IMG/VR virus record: IMGVR_UViG_3300046694_000136
Span: 124,001 to 188,000 of that record
Strand: one strand, 5' to 3'
Length of the DNA: 64,000 nt
The number at the start of each line of letters is the position of its first letter. Position 1 is the first letter of the stretch. The position numbers were made by a program, and so were the translations under genes. Below, piece by piece: positions 10,509-19,179 of the stretch. The notes beneath the pieces are model-generated. The model searched no databases. It was not told where the DNA came from and saw only the letters and a list, made by a program, of their open reading frames with translations.

Positions 10509-10518
10509 CCTACATCAT
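10509..10518 (+). promoter_or_regulatory. Phage early-type promoter core (CCTACATCAT)
   Basis: Matches a motif repeated before 8 non-structural genes and similar to the phiKZ early promoter TATATTAC. Confidence 0.65.
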
Positions 10519-10603
10519 CGGGATGACTAAAGAGTTAATCTTTATTATTAAACTCAACAGTCTTTATTATTGTAAATTAACCACACCAACCGAAAAGGGA
10601 AGA

Positions 10604-12646
10604 ATGGAAATGAGTGAAGGTAAAAACATTGTTTTGGTAGCCACTGGTTACAGTCGCCGTGAGCTTTCTGAAATTAAGGATAAAATCGGCAGATGTGTAA
10701 TCCTCAGCTCGATTGGGGATGGTCCTATCATTGGGACGATGGAAAAACTCCTACAAGAAGGTTATCAAGTAGTTTCTACGGAAACTATCGAGCCTAGTGG
10801 GGATAAGAATAAATTAGTAGTAGCTGAAGATCTGGATCGCATGATCCTTCGAGAACAACTGAAAGCACTCGGCATCGAGATTGAAGTAGTTGTTGATTCA
10901 GATTCAGTCAGCTCTATGGTCAATGGCTTGCTCGCCCTTCCTTCTACTCATGAGGAGATGAAGAAGATCCTTGGTCATACTCCTTACGAGGGTAATTACG
11001 AAAGGGACTGTCACCAGCTTCTTGGTCAAATCAAAGAGGCTTTCCGTCTGTTCATGATGCGGCATCCAAAGAACGAAGCCCTTCGTGACCTTACTATCGG
11101 TCGTCTGGGCAAGGAACTGACTGAACGTGCTCCTAGCTCCGATGTCAAAGACTCTGCAAAAGAAGCTTCTGTCACAGTCACCGTCGGCGAGGGTGTCAAG
11201 AGTGAGGACCTTCTGTTCGAAATCTTGAAAGAAGTAAAGGGCTTTCGTGAATCGGTTCAGTCGCCTTCTGCTGACGATCGTCGTAACCACGCAATCAGAG
11301 AGTTCCTGTCGACTTCCCAGTTGTCGGTAGAAGCAATCGTCAACGGACTGCGCGCCATTGAGGCCGGGACCACAGAGCAAGCTGGTTCCGATCACTATAC
11401 CAGAGCTCTCGCAAAGGAACGGATCACCAAGGCTATCAACGGTGGACTGAAACACGTCGGTAATGGGAAGAACTTTATCGAGGCTCTAGCCGATGCTTTG
11501 CTGGGGGACGAAAAGCAGGAAACTCGTACGCCTACTACCAAGGAAGAGTTTGTCAGTCTGTTAACCGAAGCGGTAGGTGATGTCGGGGCTGCTCGAGTAC
11601 TTCCTCCGATCTCCTTGGATCGCATGACCGCCAACACTCGTGAGCAGGTTGTCAAACTGTTGAACCCGACCTTTTCTGCGGTGTTCCATGGTCACTATAA
11701 CGCACATATCCAGACTTTCAGCACGGAGCAGATCTTTAAGGCCCTCGTTGAAGCATTGGACGGAGATGATAGTGTTGTCAACTTCTACGGGCTGAATACA
11801 CTCGGGGTTAGCGATAAAGCAACATTGCGTCATGAACTTTCCCGGGCGCTCGGTATCCATCGGGCTAAAGTGGTCGGTAGTAACAAGCAAAGTTTCTTGG
11901 AGGGTCTGATTAACGCTCTGCAAGAGGATAAGGTAATCGATAGTCACATCGTAGTGAACGGTCTCGGTAACCTGACCGAAGCAGACGGTGTTGAGCTGGT
12001 GAATATCCTCAAGCAAGGTCTTGGTGACTCGGTGTTCGTTGGTCATCAAACCAGAACCGAGAATATCCTCAGGAAGTTACTTGAGGCGGTTTCCGGTGAC
12101 GAGATCAATCAGGTAACACTCCATGATCTGAAATACATTGACAGTCGTGCCAAGCGCAATCTGTGCGCCGCTCTTAAAGTTGGACTAACCAAGTTCGAAG
12201 AACTCGAGCAACGGGATAAGAACTTCGCTATTAACGGAGCTGAGACTGAAAAGAAACCTAACGTGAACCTTACTCTGGGTAAACTCGTTCACGAATGGAA
12301 ACAGGCTGCCGCTGAAAAGGGTATTGAAATCAATGAAATGGAGTTGCTCAATCATCTCCTCCAACAAGTCATTGCCCAACATTCCCCTATGTACCGACTG
12401 GAAGGTGGTAAGTGGGTTGAGCGTGTCGTTCCCTTGGCTCGTCCTCTTGACTGGTCTGTAGTTACCCAAAACATACCTGAGCAGGTAACCACTGCTATTG
12501 TTTTCGGTAATCACACGTTCGATTGTACTAAACGTGAAGACGGTAGTGTTAAGGTTACTACTAACCATGGGGATAATAAATCGAGCAACCTTATCATCAC
12601 CAAAGATGGTTCGGTTAAGTTCGAAGATCCTGGCTATCTGGGATAG
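10604..12646 (+). CDS. Hypothetical early protein with about 54-aa internal helical repeats
   Basis: ATG 10604/10610 has a GGGA RBS (ATG 10523 sits just after the promoter). Repeated 'L..L.EAL.GD...GL..L' units. Confidence 0.75.
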   Translation: MEMSEGKNIVLVATGYSRRELSEIKDKIGRCVILSSIGDGPIIGTMEKLLQEGYQVVSTETIEPSGDKNKLVVAEDLDRMILREQLKALGIEIEVVVDSDSVSSMVNGLLALPSTHEEMKKILGHTPYEGNYERDCHQLLGQIKEAFRLFMMRHPKNEALRDLTIGRLGKELTERAPSSDVKDSAKEASVTVTVGEGVKSEDLLFEILKEVKGFRESVQSPSADDRRNHAIREFLSTSQLSVEAIVNGLRAIEAGTTEQAGSDHYTRALAKERITKAINGGLKHVGNGKNFIEALADALLGDEKQETRTPTTKEEFVSLLTEAVGDVGAARVLPPISLDRMTANTREQVVKLLNPTFSAVFHGHYNAHIQTFSTEQIFKALVEALDGDDSVVNFYGLNTLGVSDKATLRHELSRALGIHRAKVVGSNKQSFLEGLINALQEDKVIDSHIVVNGLGNLTEADGVELVNILKQGLGDSVFVGHQTRTENILRKLLEAVSGDEINQVTLHDLKYIDSRAKRNLCAALKVGLTKFEELEQRDKNFAINGAETEKKPNVNLTLGKLVHEWKQAAAEKGIEINEMELLNHLLQQVIAQHSPMYRLEGGKWVERVVPLARPLDWSVVTQNIPEQVTTAIVFGNHTFDCTKREDGSVKVTTNHGDNKSSNLIITKDGSVKFEDPGYLG

Positions 12647-12701
12647 TAGTGAATTAAGTAATTAATTACTACACGCACTATAGTAGTACCCCACCACGTA
12701 A

Positions 12702-12733
12702 ACCTCTCCTCAGCCTTAAGGCTGAGGAGAGGT
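12702..12733 (+). terminator. 32-bp perfect palindrome terminator
   Basis: ACCTCTCCTCAGCCTTAAGGCTGAGGAGAGGT. Confidence 0.85.
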
Positions 12734-12773
12734 AACCACTATCTATGCAATTTAAGTTATGCCTTCTTTTAAA

Positions 12774-12783
12774 CCTATATCAT
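12774..12783 (+). promoter_or_regulatory. Early-type promoter core (CCTATATCAT)
   Basis: Copy of the shared motif, 24 nt before ATG 12807. Confidence 0.65.
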
Positions 12784-12806
12784 CAGGGTAGTCAATCATT
12801 CGATTA

Positions 12807-13370
12807 ATGTACCGGAGTACCGTTATGGAACTTGTTAATTGCACCCTTGAACAACTTACCGACTTGGTTGGTAATACCGGTATTACCCGTCTCCACCGTA
12901 TGGGGATTGAGTATCCGGGTGAAGTATTGAACATCATCTTCGCTGAGACAGGTGATTTCCCGATCATCGATCAATACCCAGCTCAAGCTTTTGTATCTCG
13001 CATCAATATGGATACAAGAGAAATTAGCTACGATAAGAAAGATCCGTTGGCAATCGTTTTCTACCCAGCGATCATGAAAGAACAGCACACAGGGTTTCCA
13101 GTAGGCGAGACATTCCTTAACATCGGTACGCTCTTGCATGAGCTGACACACGTTAAGCAAGTGTTCTCTGGTCGCCTGGAATCCTTGGGTTGGCTTAAGA
13201 TGAACTGGGAGGGCGTATATCACGAGATCGAGATGAACGGCTACCTTGCCTACCCTTGGGAGAAAGAAGCCTGTATGGAGCAGCTGGAGTGGATTACCCG
13301 GGGTAATACCATCATGGCCGAACTGCACTATAACGGTCTGGTGGAAGCTTCCAAGCAAATCAAACCATAA
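12807..13370 (+). CDS. Zinc metallopeptidase (HEXXH)
   Basis: LLHELTHVKQ motif plus downstream PWEKEA third-ligand motif, typical of phage zincin-like peptidases. Confidence 0.8.
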   Translation: MYRSTVMELVNCTLEQLTDLVGNTGITRLHRMGIEYPGEVLNIIFAETGDFPIIDQYPAQAFVSRINMDTREISYDKKDPLAIVFYPAIMKEQHTGFPVGETFLNIGTLLHELTHVKQVFSGRLESLGWLKMNWEGVYHEIEMNGYLAYPWEKEACMEQLEWITRGNTIMAELHYNGLVEASKQIKP

Positions 13371-13380
13371 GCATACATAG

Positions 13381-13413
13381 GTACCCTACCAGCCTCTGAG
13401 GCTGGTAGGGTAC
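13381..13413. terminator. Bidirectional terminator between convergent genes
   Basis: GTACCCTACCAGCCTC-t-GAGGCTGGTAGGGTAC. Confidence 0.85.
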
Positions 13414-13435
13414 TAATCTATGTTTTTTTTTCGTC

Positions 13436-14965
13436 TTACATCATGTCGTCAGCGTTTTCCAAACCTTTGTTGGTGATCTTCTGTTGCAGGCTTCGTCTGA
13501 ACATTGGTTTACCCATGATGTCATGGAGCAATCCGAACTTAGGGTCCAACCGGTAGAAGAAGAAACGATCGGGCGGAGGAGCGCCTTCACCTCGCATCTT
13601 CCCTAGCATGCAGCACCAGTAACTCGCTTGCTGACCACGAGCCACATGGATGCCCAGCACACAGTCTACTTCGTTAGTGATCTTGGTCGACGTCTCTGTC
13701 ATCGACTGACCAGCAGTTTCCCGAATGAAGTAAACCTCACTCTCATCGTCCATCTCTTTCAGCGATCGTTTCGCATCAGGGTTGAGCTGGTGAGGAGTGA
13801 TGAAACAAATACCACGGTTGATCATGAACGAACGAACACGACGGTACAGTAGTTGCAACTTGTCAGACTTACTGTCGCCCGGGATCTTGTCGTAGTTCAT
13901 CAGAGCGAGGTAGTCGTAACCGTAGAGGATGATCTCGTGACCACGTAGCTCCAGAGTACGAACCCGATCCATCAAACGGTTCATGTCTTCTTTGTTGGAC
14001 TCGATCTGGTTAATGACCAAGAACCAACCGTTCTCTTTAAAAGACTTAGCAATTTCATCAGCAATCGAAATGGCATCGTCATTCAAGAAGTTAGCGTCGT
14101 TATCCAACGACGCAGCACAACTCAACTTGTACATCCGCTCGAGTACCAAGCCCATCGTGTCTTCCGATGAGTCGAAGCAGATAGTCGGGATCTTGGAAGG
14201 ATCGCGCAAGAAAGGAGTGTTGTACTTAGCGATACCCCACAGCAAGTGACCCATGGTCAAAGACTTACCGCGGTTAGTCAGTGCTTCAATCATGTAAGTC
14301 TTGTTACGGTTGAACCCACCATCTGGATACATGGCAATGTTCAAACCGTGAAGAGGACTCTTCAGAATACCTTCAGGACTCTTCTCACGTTTGGCCAACT
14401 CAATAACGGCCAACATGCTGGCAGGGTCATTGGTGTTAACACTGACAACTACTTCAGACTGACGCTCATTAAACGAATCGTTAACCCGTTCTTGAATGAG
14501 ATCTAACAAAGCACCCCAGTCTTCACGTTTCATCTCATGGAGATCTTTGTAAGCAAAGTCACGAATCTTCTGTCGGAATCGTTTCTGGAAAGCTTCTTCT
14601 TGAGCGTTCTTACGGATGTCTTTAATCTGACGGAAGATAAGACGACGGATCATTTCTTCCGAGTCAAAGTCCTCCATCCCTTCCGCTACCACTTTCTTAA
14701 TGGTATCGTCACCTTTGCTAAATACAGCAATACGCTGAGTCAACAAAGATTTTATAAGCGGGTCTCCATCCTCCTGGTCGAGTGTCCAGAAGATCGCTGC
14801 GCGTATACCCTCCCGAAGCGCTTTGTCTTGAGTCAAGATATCGGGAGGTGGTGCCGGTAATTCTTCCAGAATTTCAGTCAATTCTGTTGTTAAGTTTTTG
14901 TCCTTTAGCTTCTTAGCTTGATAGACAGAGGTCAACAGTTTGACCAATACCAGCAAATCGTTCAT
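13436..14965 (-). CDS. DnaB-like replicative helicase (phiKZ gp118-like)
   Basis: Walker A ALTNRGKS, Walker B-like YDYL, QLN motif and C-terminal KMR finger. Start ATG 14965 has a GGGAG RBS. Divergent from the MCP operon. Confidence 0.85.
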   Translation of the reverse strand: MNDLLVLVKLLTSVYQAKKLKDKNLTTELTEILEELPAPPPDILTQDKALREGIRAAIFWTLDQEDGDPLIKSLLTQRIAVFSKGDDTIKKVVAEGMEDFDSEEMIRRLIFRQIKDIRKNAQEEAFQKRFRQKIRDFAYKDLHEMKREDWGALLDLIQERVNDSFNERQSEVVVSVNTNDPASMLAVIELAKREKSPEGILKSPLHGLNIAMYPDGGFNRNKTYMIEALTNRGKSLTMGHLLWGIAKYNTPFLRDPSKIPTICFDSSEDTMGLVLERMYKLSCAASLDNDANFLNDDAISIADEIAKSFKENGWFLVINQIESNKEDMNRLMDRVRTLELRGHEIILYGYDYLALMNYDKIPGDSKSDKLQLLYRRVRSFMINRGICFITPHQLNPDAKRSLKEMDDESEVYFIRETAGQSMTETSTKITNEVDCVLGIHVARGQQASYWCCMLGKMRGEGAPPPDRFFFYRLDPKFGLLHDIMGKPMFRRSLQQKITNKGLENADDMM

Positions 14966-14992
14966 TCCTAACTCCCTAGGAGCAACTAACCA

Positions 14993-15538
14993 ATGATCTT
15001 CAAATACCCGAACGGAGATCCGTTCCACGTTATCTTTCTGACCAGCGACCTTTTGGCGGCTGCTCAGGGTGCAAAAATCCCGTTGTTGGACTTGCACAAA
15101 ATTCATTCATACCATGGCCACCTGACATTCCATCAGGTGGCTGGGCACATCGCAGTTCAGCAAGAAGTTGCTAAATTGCTTGGTGTTGAGATGCCCGAAC
15201 TGAAGACGTTGTTTGGTGAAGGCTACAACGGCGGAATGGTTGAGCAAGCATTCAATGAGATCGACAGTAATTCGTTACGGGAGCATTTGATCCGTTCCAC
15301 ACACTTCAAATCGATTTCAGTAGGGCAAACGATCCTTCTTGTTGTTGAACCAAATGACGAGGTTTCTACCTCTGGATGGGAAAAGCTCAAGGGAAGAACG
15401 CTTTCTCTGGCGTTGCAGCAAACACTCTATGAGCAGGTAGGTTATCTGAAAGTTCATAATGGCAAGGTTATTCGCCCCGCTGTTGGAACGTTCACGATGG
15501 CCGACGTCTATGGATTTGTCGCTAAACAGAACCCCTAA
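14993..15538 (+). CDS. Virion protein upstream of the MCP (phiKZ gp119-like)
   Basis: AGGAG RBS; synteny between helicase and MCP. Confidence 0.6.
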   Translation: MIFKYPNGDPFHVIFLTSDLLAAAQGAKIPLLDLHKIHSYHGHLTFHQVAGHIAVQQEVAKLLGVEMPELKTLFGEGYNGGMVEQAFNEIDSNSLREHLIRSTHFKSISVGQTILLVVEPNDEVSTSGWEKLKGRTLSLALQQTLYEQVGYLKVHNGKVIRPAVGTFTMADVYGFVAKQNP

Positions 15539-15550
15539 CGAAGCGGCACA

Positions 15551-15560
15551 GTATTTTATG
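15551..15560 (+). promoter_or_regulatory. Late promoter (GTATTTTATG) of the MCP gene
   Basis: TATG is the known phiKZ late-promoter core; the same 10-mer occurs on the minus strand at 38461-38470. Confidence 0.6.
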
Positions 15561-15615
15561 TGCAGTTTAATACCGCATTAACTTGCATAAATCACTTTCT
15601 CGACAGGAATGTATC

Positions 15616-17811
15616 ATGGACAAAGAAAATTTCAAGAAGGTTACGGCGAGTGTTGATAAGTCGCCGAACTACTTCCACAACACCCGCCAAGCTCTGACCA
15701 ACGGTAACCTTGCCTCGGTAAGCGGCAACGAAAGCTACACCGAATTCCAAAAGGCCCTGGACTCTGTTGACGGCTCCGAGTCGCTCAAAGTCAAGCAGAT
15801 GTTCACCGGCTTCAACCAGAACAACTTCGACGCGATCAAAAGCGCCTGGGGCAAGGACATCGTCGCACGCGCCAAGAGCGTTATCGATGGTTACGACGCC
15901 GACGGTCAGAAATTCGCCGCGGTCGCTGGTCAGGAAGGCTTCTCCCTCCAGAACTTTGGTGGCGACGAGCAATCGATCCGCGCAGCCAACCTGGTACTGA
16001 ACGCCCAGTCCCACCTGCAAACCAAAGGCGCTGATGCCCTGTACGCTCCGATTTCGATCGGCTACAAGGAAGAAGGCGTTGAAATGACCGTTCGTGCCGC
16101 CGGCCTGGGTACCTATACCTACGGTGCTACCGCGTTCCAATCCGCTTCCGATCTGCGTCCGGTCTTCGGCCTGCTGCGTTCCGGCGACATGTTCCAGGAA
16201 GAAGTCCTCGCTGTGTACCCTGTGTACCCTGCTGACGACGCTGCTGACGAACGCCGCTTCTTCGCTCCTGCTGCACTGTCCACTCCAGTCCCTGTCAAGT
16301 ACATGGCTGGCGATGCCTACGGCCGTCAGGAACACCTGACCCAGGACTTGGTTGTTCCGGTAACCATCCCGAACTTCCTGGCCCTGACCCAGACCCCTGG
16401 TCAACAGCCGTGGACCAACACCGACGAACTGGAGTCCAACTCCATCGCGGTCAAGCGCATCGGCGTGAAAGTCATGATCGGTTCGACCGAGAAGACCTTC
16501 TTCATCAACACTGCTTCGATGTCGAACAACACCTTCGGCGTCGGTGGTCAGGTACAGAGCTCCGACGAGCGTACTCTGAACCTGAAAATCTCCCAGTACC
16601 CAGGTTTCTCGGTACAGGACAAAGACGGCAACGAAATTGGCGAGACCATCTTCGCCGACTTCAAAGCCGCCGGTTACGAGCCACGCCTTCAGCTGCAACT
16701 GACTGGTACCTACCAGCGTCAGCGCGGTGACATCACCCTGCTCGCAGGTGCGGTGAACATCGCTGAGCTGTACGAGACCAGCACCAAGGTTGTCGTCAAG
16801 TACGGCAAAGCTTCGAGCCAGCAGCAAGGTCTGTTCAACACCCTGAAGTCGGGTACCGTGGTTTCCGCCCGTACCGGCCAGAACGTCAACAACACCAACC
16901 GTGGCAACTTCGGTTACCGCGTAGAAGTGTACGATGCCTACAAGCATCTGTCCGTTCAGCGCCGTTCGCCGATCTCGGTTCAGTACCCAGTGAGCGACAA
17001 GGACGTGTACCAGGAATCTCTGGACTTCGCCCTCAAGCAAATGTCGATCATCATCAACAACCAGTGCTCCAAGACTGCGTTCGTTGAAGCGCGTCGTCAC
17101 ACCGAGTACATCAAGCAGATCGACGGTTCCGCTGTTGTTGCCAACACCCAGGGCTCCGAAGTTCTGGCTGGTCAGCACTTCCTCACTCCAACCTGCGTTG
17201 ATCGCAAGCTGAAGCTGAGCGACGTGGTTTCGGCCAACGGTTCGTACGACGTCTGGAACGCAGTGTCCGCTGCGATCACCAACGAAATCGCCGACATCAT
17301 CGCTGCGCTGTACACCCGTTCGGGCCTGGCGGCTGTTGCCGAGTACACCACCGGTGATCTGAAAGGCAAATGGTCGGTTGTTGCTCACCAGAACATCAGC
17401 CGCTTCATCTTCCGTTCGGGCGACGCTCGTACTGTTGGTCCGGTTGATCAAGCCAACGTTGTTGAAACCAACTTCGACTCGGAAATCGGTTACGTCACCA
17501 TCGTACCGAAGAACGATTCGTCGTCGGAAGTCATCGACCCGCTGGCTGGTATCGGCGTCGTTGTGACCAAAGAGAACATTGTCGTACAAGGCAACGTGAC
17601 TCGTGGCAACAAAGACTTCGGCGTTGTTATGACGCTGCCGACCTACAAGCACTGGGGCCTGAACGTGGTCATCGGTCGTCTGTTCATCGAAGACGCCCAT
17701 CTGTTCCTGACCGACGACGGCTTGATCAACGACCTGGCTGTTAAAGCAGTTCGTCTGGCCAACGCCAACGAGATCGTGCTGACTCCGGTCGTTGACCCAA
17801 ACGCACCGTGA
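15616..17811 (+). CDS. Major capsid protein (phiKZ gp120-like)
   Basis: About 731 aa from ATG 15616 (AGGA RBS), strongest codon bias in the window, propeptide with VSGNES/VDGSES/VAGQEG sites, and helicase-gp119-MCP-x-RNAP synteny. Confidence 0.9.
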   Translation: MDKENFKKVTASVDKSPNYFHNTRQALTNGNLASVSGNESYTEFQKALDSVDGSESLKVKQMFTGFNQNNFDAIKSAWGKDIVARAKSVIDGYDADGQKFAAVAGQEGFSLQNFGGDEQSIRAANLVLNAQSHLQTKGADALYAPISIGYKEEGVEMTVRAAGLGTYTYGATAFQSASDLRPVFGLLRSGDMFQEEVLAVYPVYPADDAADERRFFAPAALSTPVPVKYMAGDAYGRQEHLTQDLVVPVTIPNFLALTQTPGQQPWTNTDELESNSIAVKRIGVKVMIGSTEKTFFINTASMSNNTFGVGGQVQSSDERTLNLKISQYPGFSVQDKDGNEIGETIFADFKAAGYEPRLQLQLTGTYQRQRGDITLLAGAVNIAELYETSTKVVVKYGKASSQQQGLFNTLKSGTVVSARTGQNVNNTNRGNFGYRVEVYDAYKHLSVQRRSPISVQYPVSDKDVYQESLDFALKQMSIIINNQCSKTAFVEARRHTEYIKQIDGSAVVANTQGSEVLAGQHFLTPTCVDRKLKLSDVVSANGSYDVWNAVSAAITNEIADIIAALYTRSGLAAVAEYTTGDLKGKWSVVAHQNISRFIFRSGDARTVGPVDQANVVETNFDSEIGYVTIVPKNDSSSEVIDPLAGIGVVVTKENIVVQGNVTRGNKDFGVVMTLPTYKHWGLNVVIGRLFIEDAHLFLTDDGLINDLAVKAVRLANANEIVLTPVVDPNAP

Positions 17812-17861
17812 TCCCGCCGACGTTCTACGGGCAACTGACGTTTCCCGAGAATAGATCGTAA
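17796..17861 (+). other. Predicted -1 programmed ribosomal frameshift site (C CCA AAC) and 19-codon MCP extension
   Basis: In-frame X XXY YYZ heptamer at 17796-17802, two codons before the stop. The -1 frame reads RTVIPPTFYGQLTFPENRS to TAA 17859-17861, before the terminator. Confidence 0.65.
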
Positions 17862-17885
17862 GTAGGATCCTGTCCTGAAAAGTGG

Positions 17886-17922
17886 TAACCCTCCCCGACC
17901 TGCAATGGGTCGGGGAGGGTTA
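17886..17922 (+). terminator. MCP terminator
   Basis: TAACCCTCCCCGACC-tgcaatg-GGTCGGGGAGGGTTA followed by TTTATG. Confidence 0.85.
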
Positions 17923-17958
17923 TTTATGCAACTTAGAAATCCGCTAATTAAATTCAAA

Positions 17959-17968
17959 CCTACATTAT
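17959..17968 (+). promoter_or_regulatory. Early-type promoter core (CCTACATTAT)
   Basis: Shared motif upstream of the operon that contains the RNAP subunit. Confidence 0.7.
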
Positions 17969-18035
17969 CTAACTGTGAGAGTATTTAAGGTGACCTCGTG
18001 CACGGGGTTGTAAAGAAGCTAGAGGACTTAGTTCG

Positions 18036-19169
18036 ATGAACAACAGTATTTCTAGTTTGAAACTAGAATATCATATTTCGAATTATAGCAATGACGAACT
18101 CATTGTTAAAACCCAAGGAGGGTTGAACTACATAATACGCCGTCAAGAACGTACTGTCTCTCGTAATTACGTGAGTCGGGAAGTAGACATAAAGATCAGC
18201 GGTGTTAAAACCGATGATTTCTGGTTAGACGATCGGTTCGCTCAGACAGCCTTTGATAAGGCACTTCTGAAAGATCTAGGTGAGAGCATTGAAAAGCACA
18301 GGAATAATAACCGTATGCTTGCCGATGTTTTCACGTCCGACTTTTATGTCAAGATATTCTTGAGTGGAAGCTTGGCTGACGAGAATGAAGTAATCCACAG
18401 TGACATACTGGGGATCTCGTTATACAACTCCATGGAAGCGGCGAATATCGCACCGCTCAACAGTCACGGCTTCGTGCTGCAAGAACTGTTCGAGCAAGCG
18501 CATCATCATGCAATGGAAAAGCCTAAAGGAGGGCTACATTACTTTATCTACTTGAATGATCCACTCAGTAAGCTAAACCCAATCTACACGAACGTGATGG
18601 GTAAAGCCGTTCGGGTTCCAGTCGTACAGGATATCAGCAGGCCTGCTGGTTTGTACGTCGGTCTGCAATATGGCAGCATTGAACCCCAGGAACTTTACTT
18701 TACGTGTGAGGAGCTCTCTAAGGAGTCATTGGGCAAGCACGGGTTATTCGAGACCATGGAAGAGTGCGCGATGGGTGGCAACACTGACCGGGCTATTACT
18801 GCTGAAAAGAAACTGGCGGACAATTCTAAAGCTATGGGCGGTTTGTTGAAGGACAGAACAACACTGGAAGAATCCTTGAGGAAAGCTCAAGCAGAGGTTG
18901 CAGGTTTGGCGGATGAATTGCGCCAAGCGACCAGCAATCATCGTAACGAGACTGAAAGGTTGAAAGCACAACAGACAATGGCGTTGTATCTCCGTGATAT
19001 GACTGCCACAGCTACATCAGCTCACCACCAGATCAAAGATTCAGTAACAAAAGCCAATCAGGACATCGAAAAGAAACGTAGCAGCGCAAATAGCTGGGGG
19101 GAGATTGCCAAGGCAGTAGCCGCGGTAACCACATGTGCTGTGACTGTTTACAAACTGTACACTTCCTAG
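18036..19169 (+). CDS. Conserved jumbo-phage protein with C-terminal coiled coil and hydrophobic tail
   Basis: GAGGA RBS; heptad-rich last third; position between the MCP and RNAP genes. Confidence 0.7.
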   Translation: MNNSISSLKLEYHISNYSNDELIVKTQGGLNYIIRRQERTVSRNYVSREVDIKISGVKTDDFWLDDRFAQTAFDKALLKDLGESIEKHRNNNRMLADVFTSDFYVKIFLSGSLADENEVIHSDILGISLYNSMEAANIAPLNSHGFVLQELFEQAHHHAMEKPKGGLHYFIYLNDPLSKLNPIYTNVMGKAVRVPVVQDISRPAGLYVGLQYGSIEPQELYFTCEELSKESLGKHGLFETMEECAMGGNTDRAITAEKKLADNSKAMGGLLKDRTTLEESLRKAQAEVAGLADELRQATSNHRNETERLKAQQTMALYLRDMTATATSAHHQIKDSVTKANQDIEKKRSSANSWGEIAKAVAAVTTCAVTVYKLYTS

Positions 19170-19179
19170 GGATAAGAGG

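Noticed and set aside
14966-15106. N-terminal 47-aa extension of the helicase in the ORF track
   Set aside because: It overlaps the opposite-strand gene, and ATG 14965 has a good RBS.
17809-17838. Stop-codon readthrough of the MCP TGA
   Set aside because: The zero frame gives only SRRRSTGN-stop with no motif; the -1 frame explains the region better.
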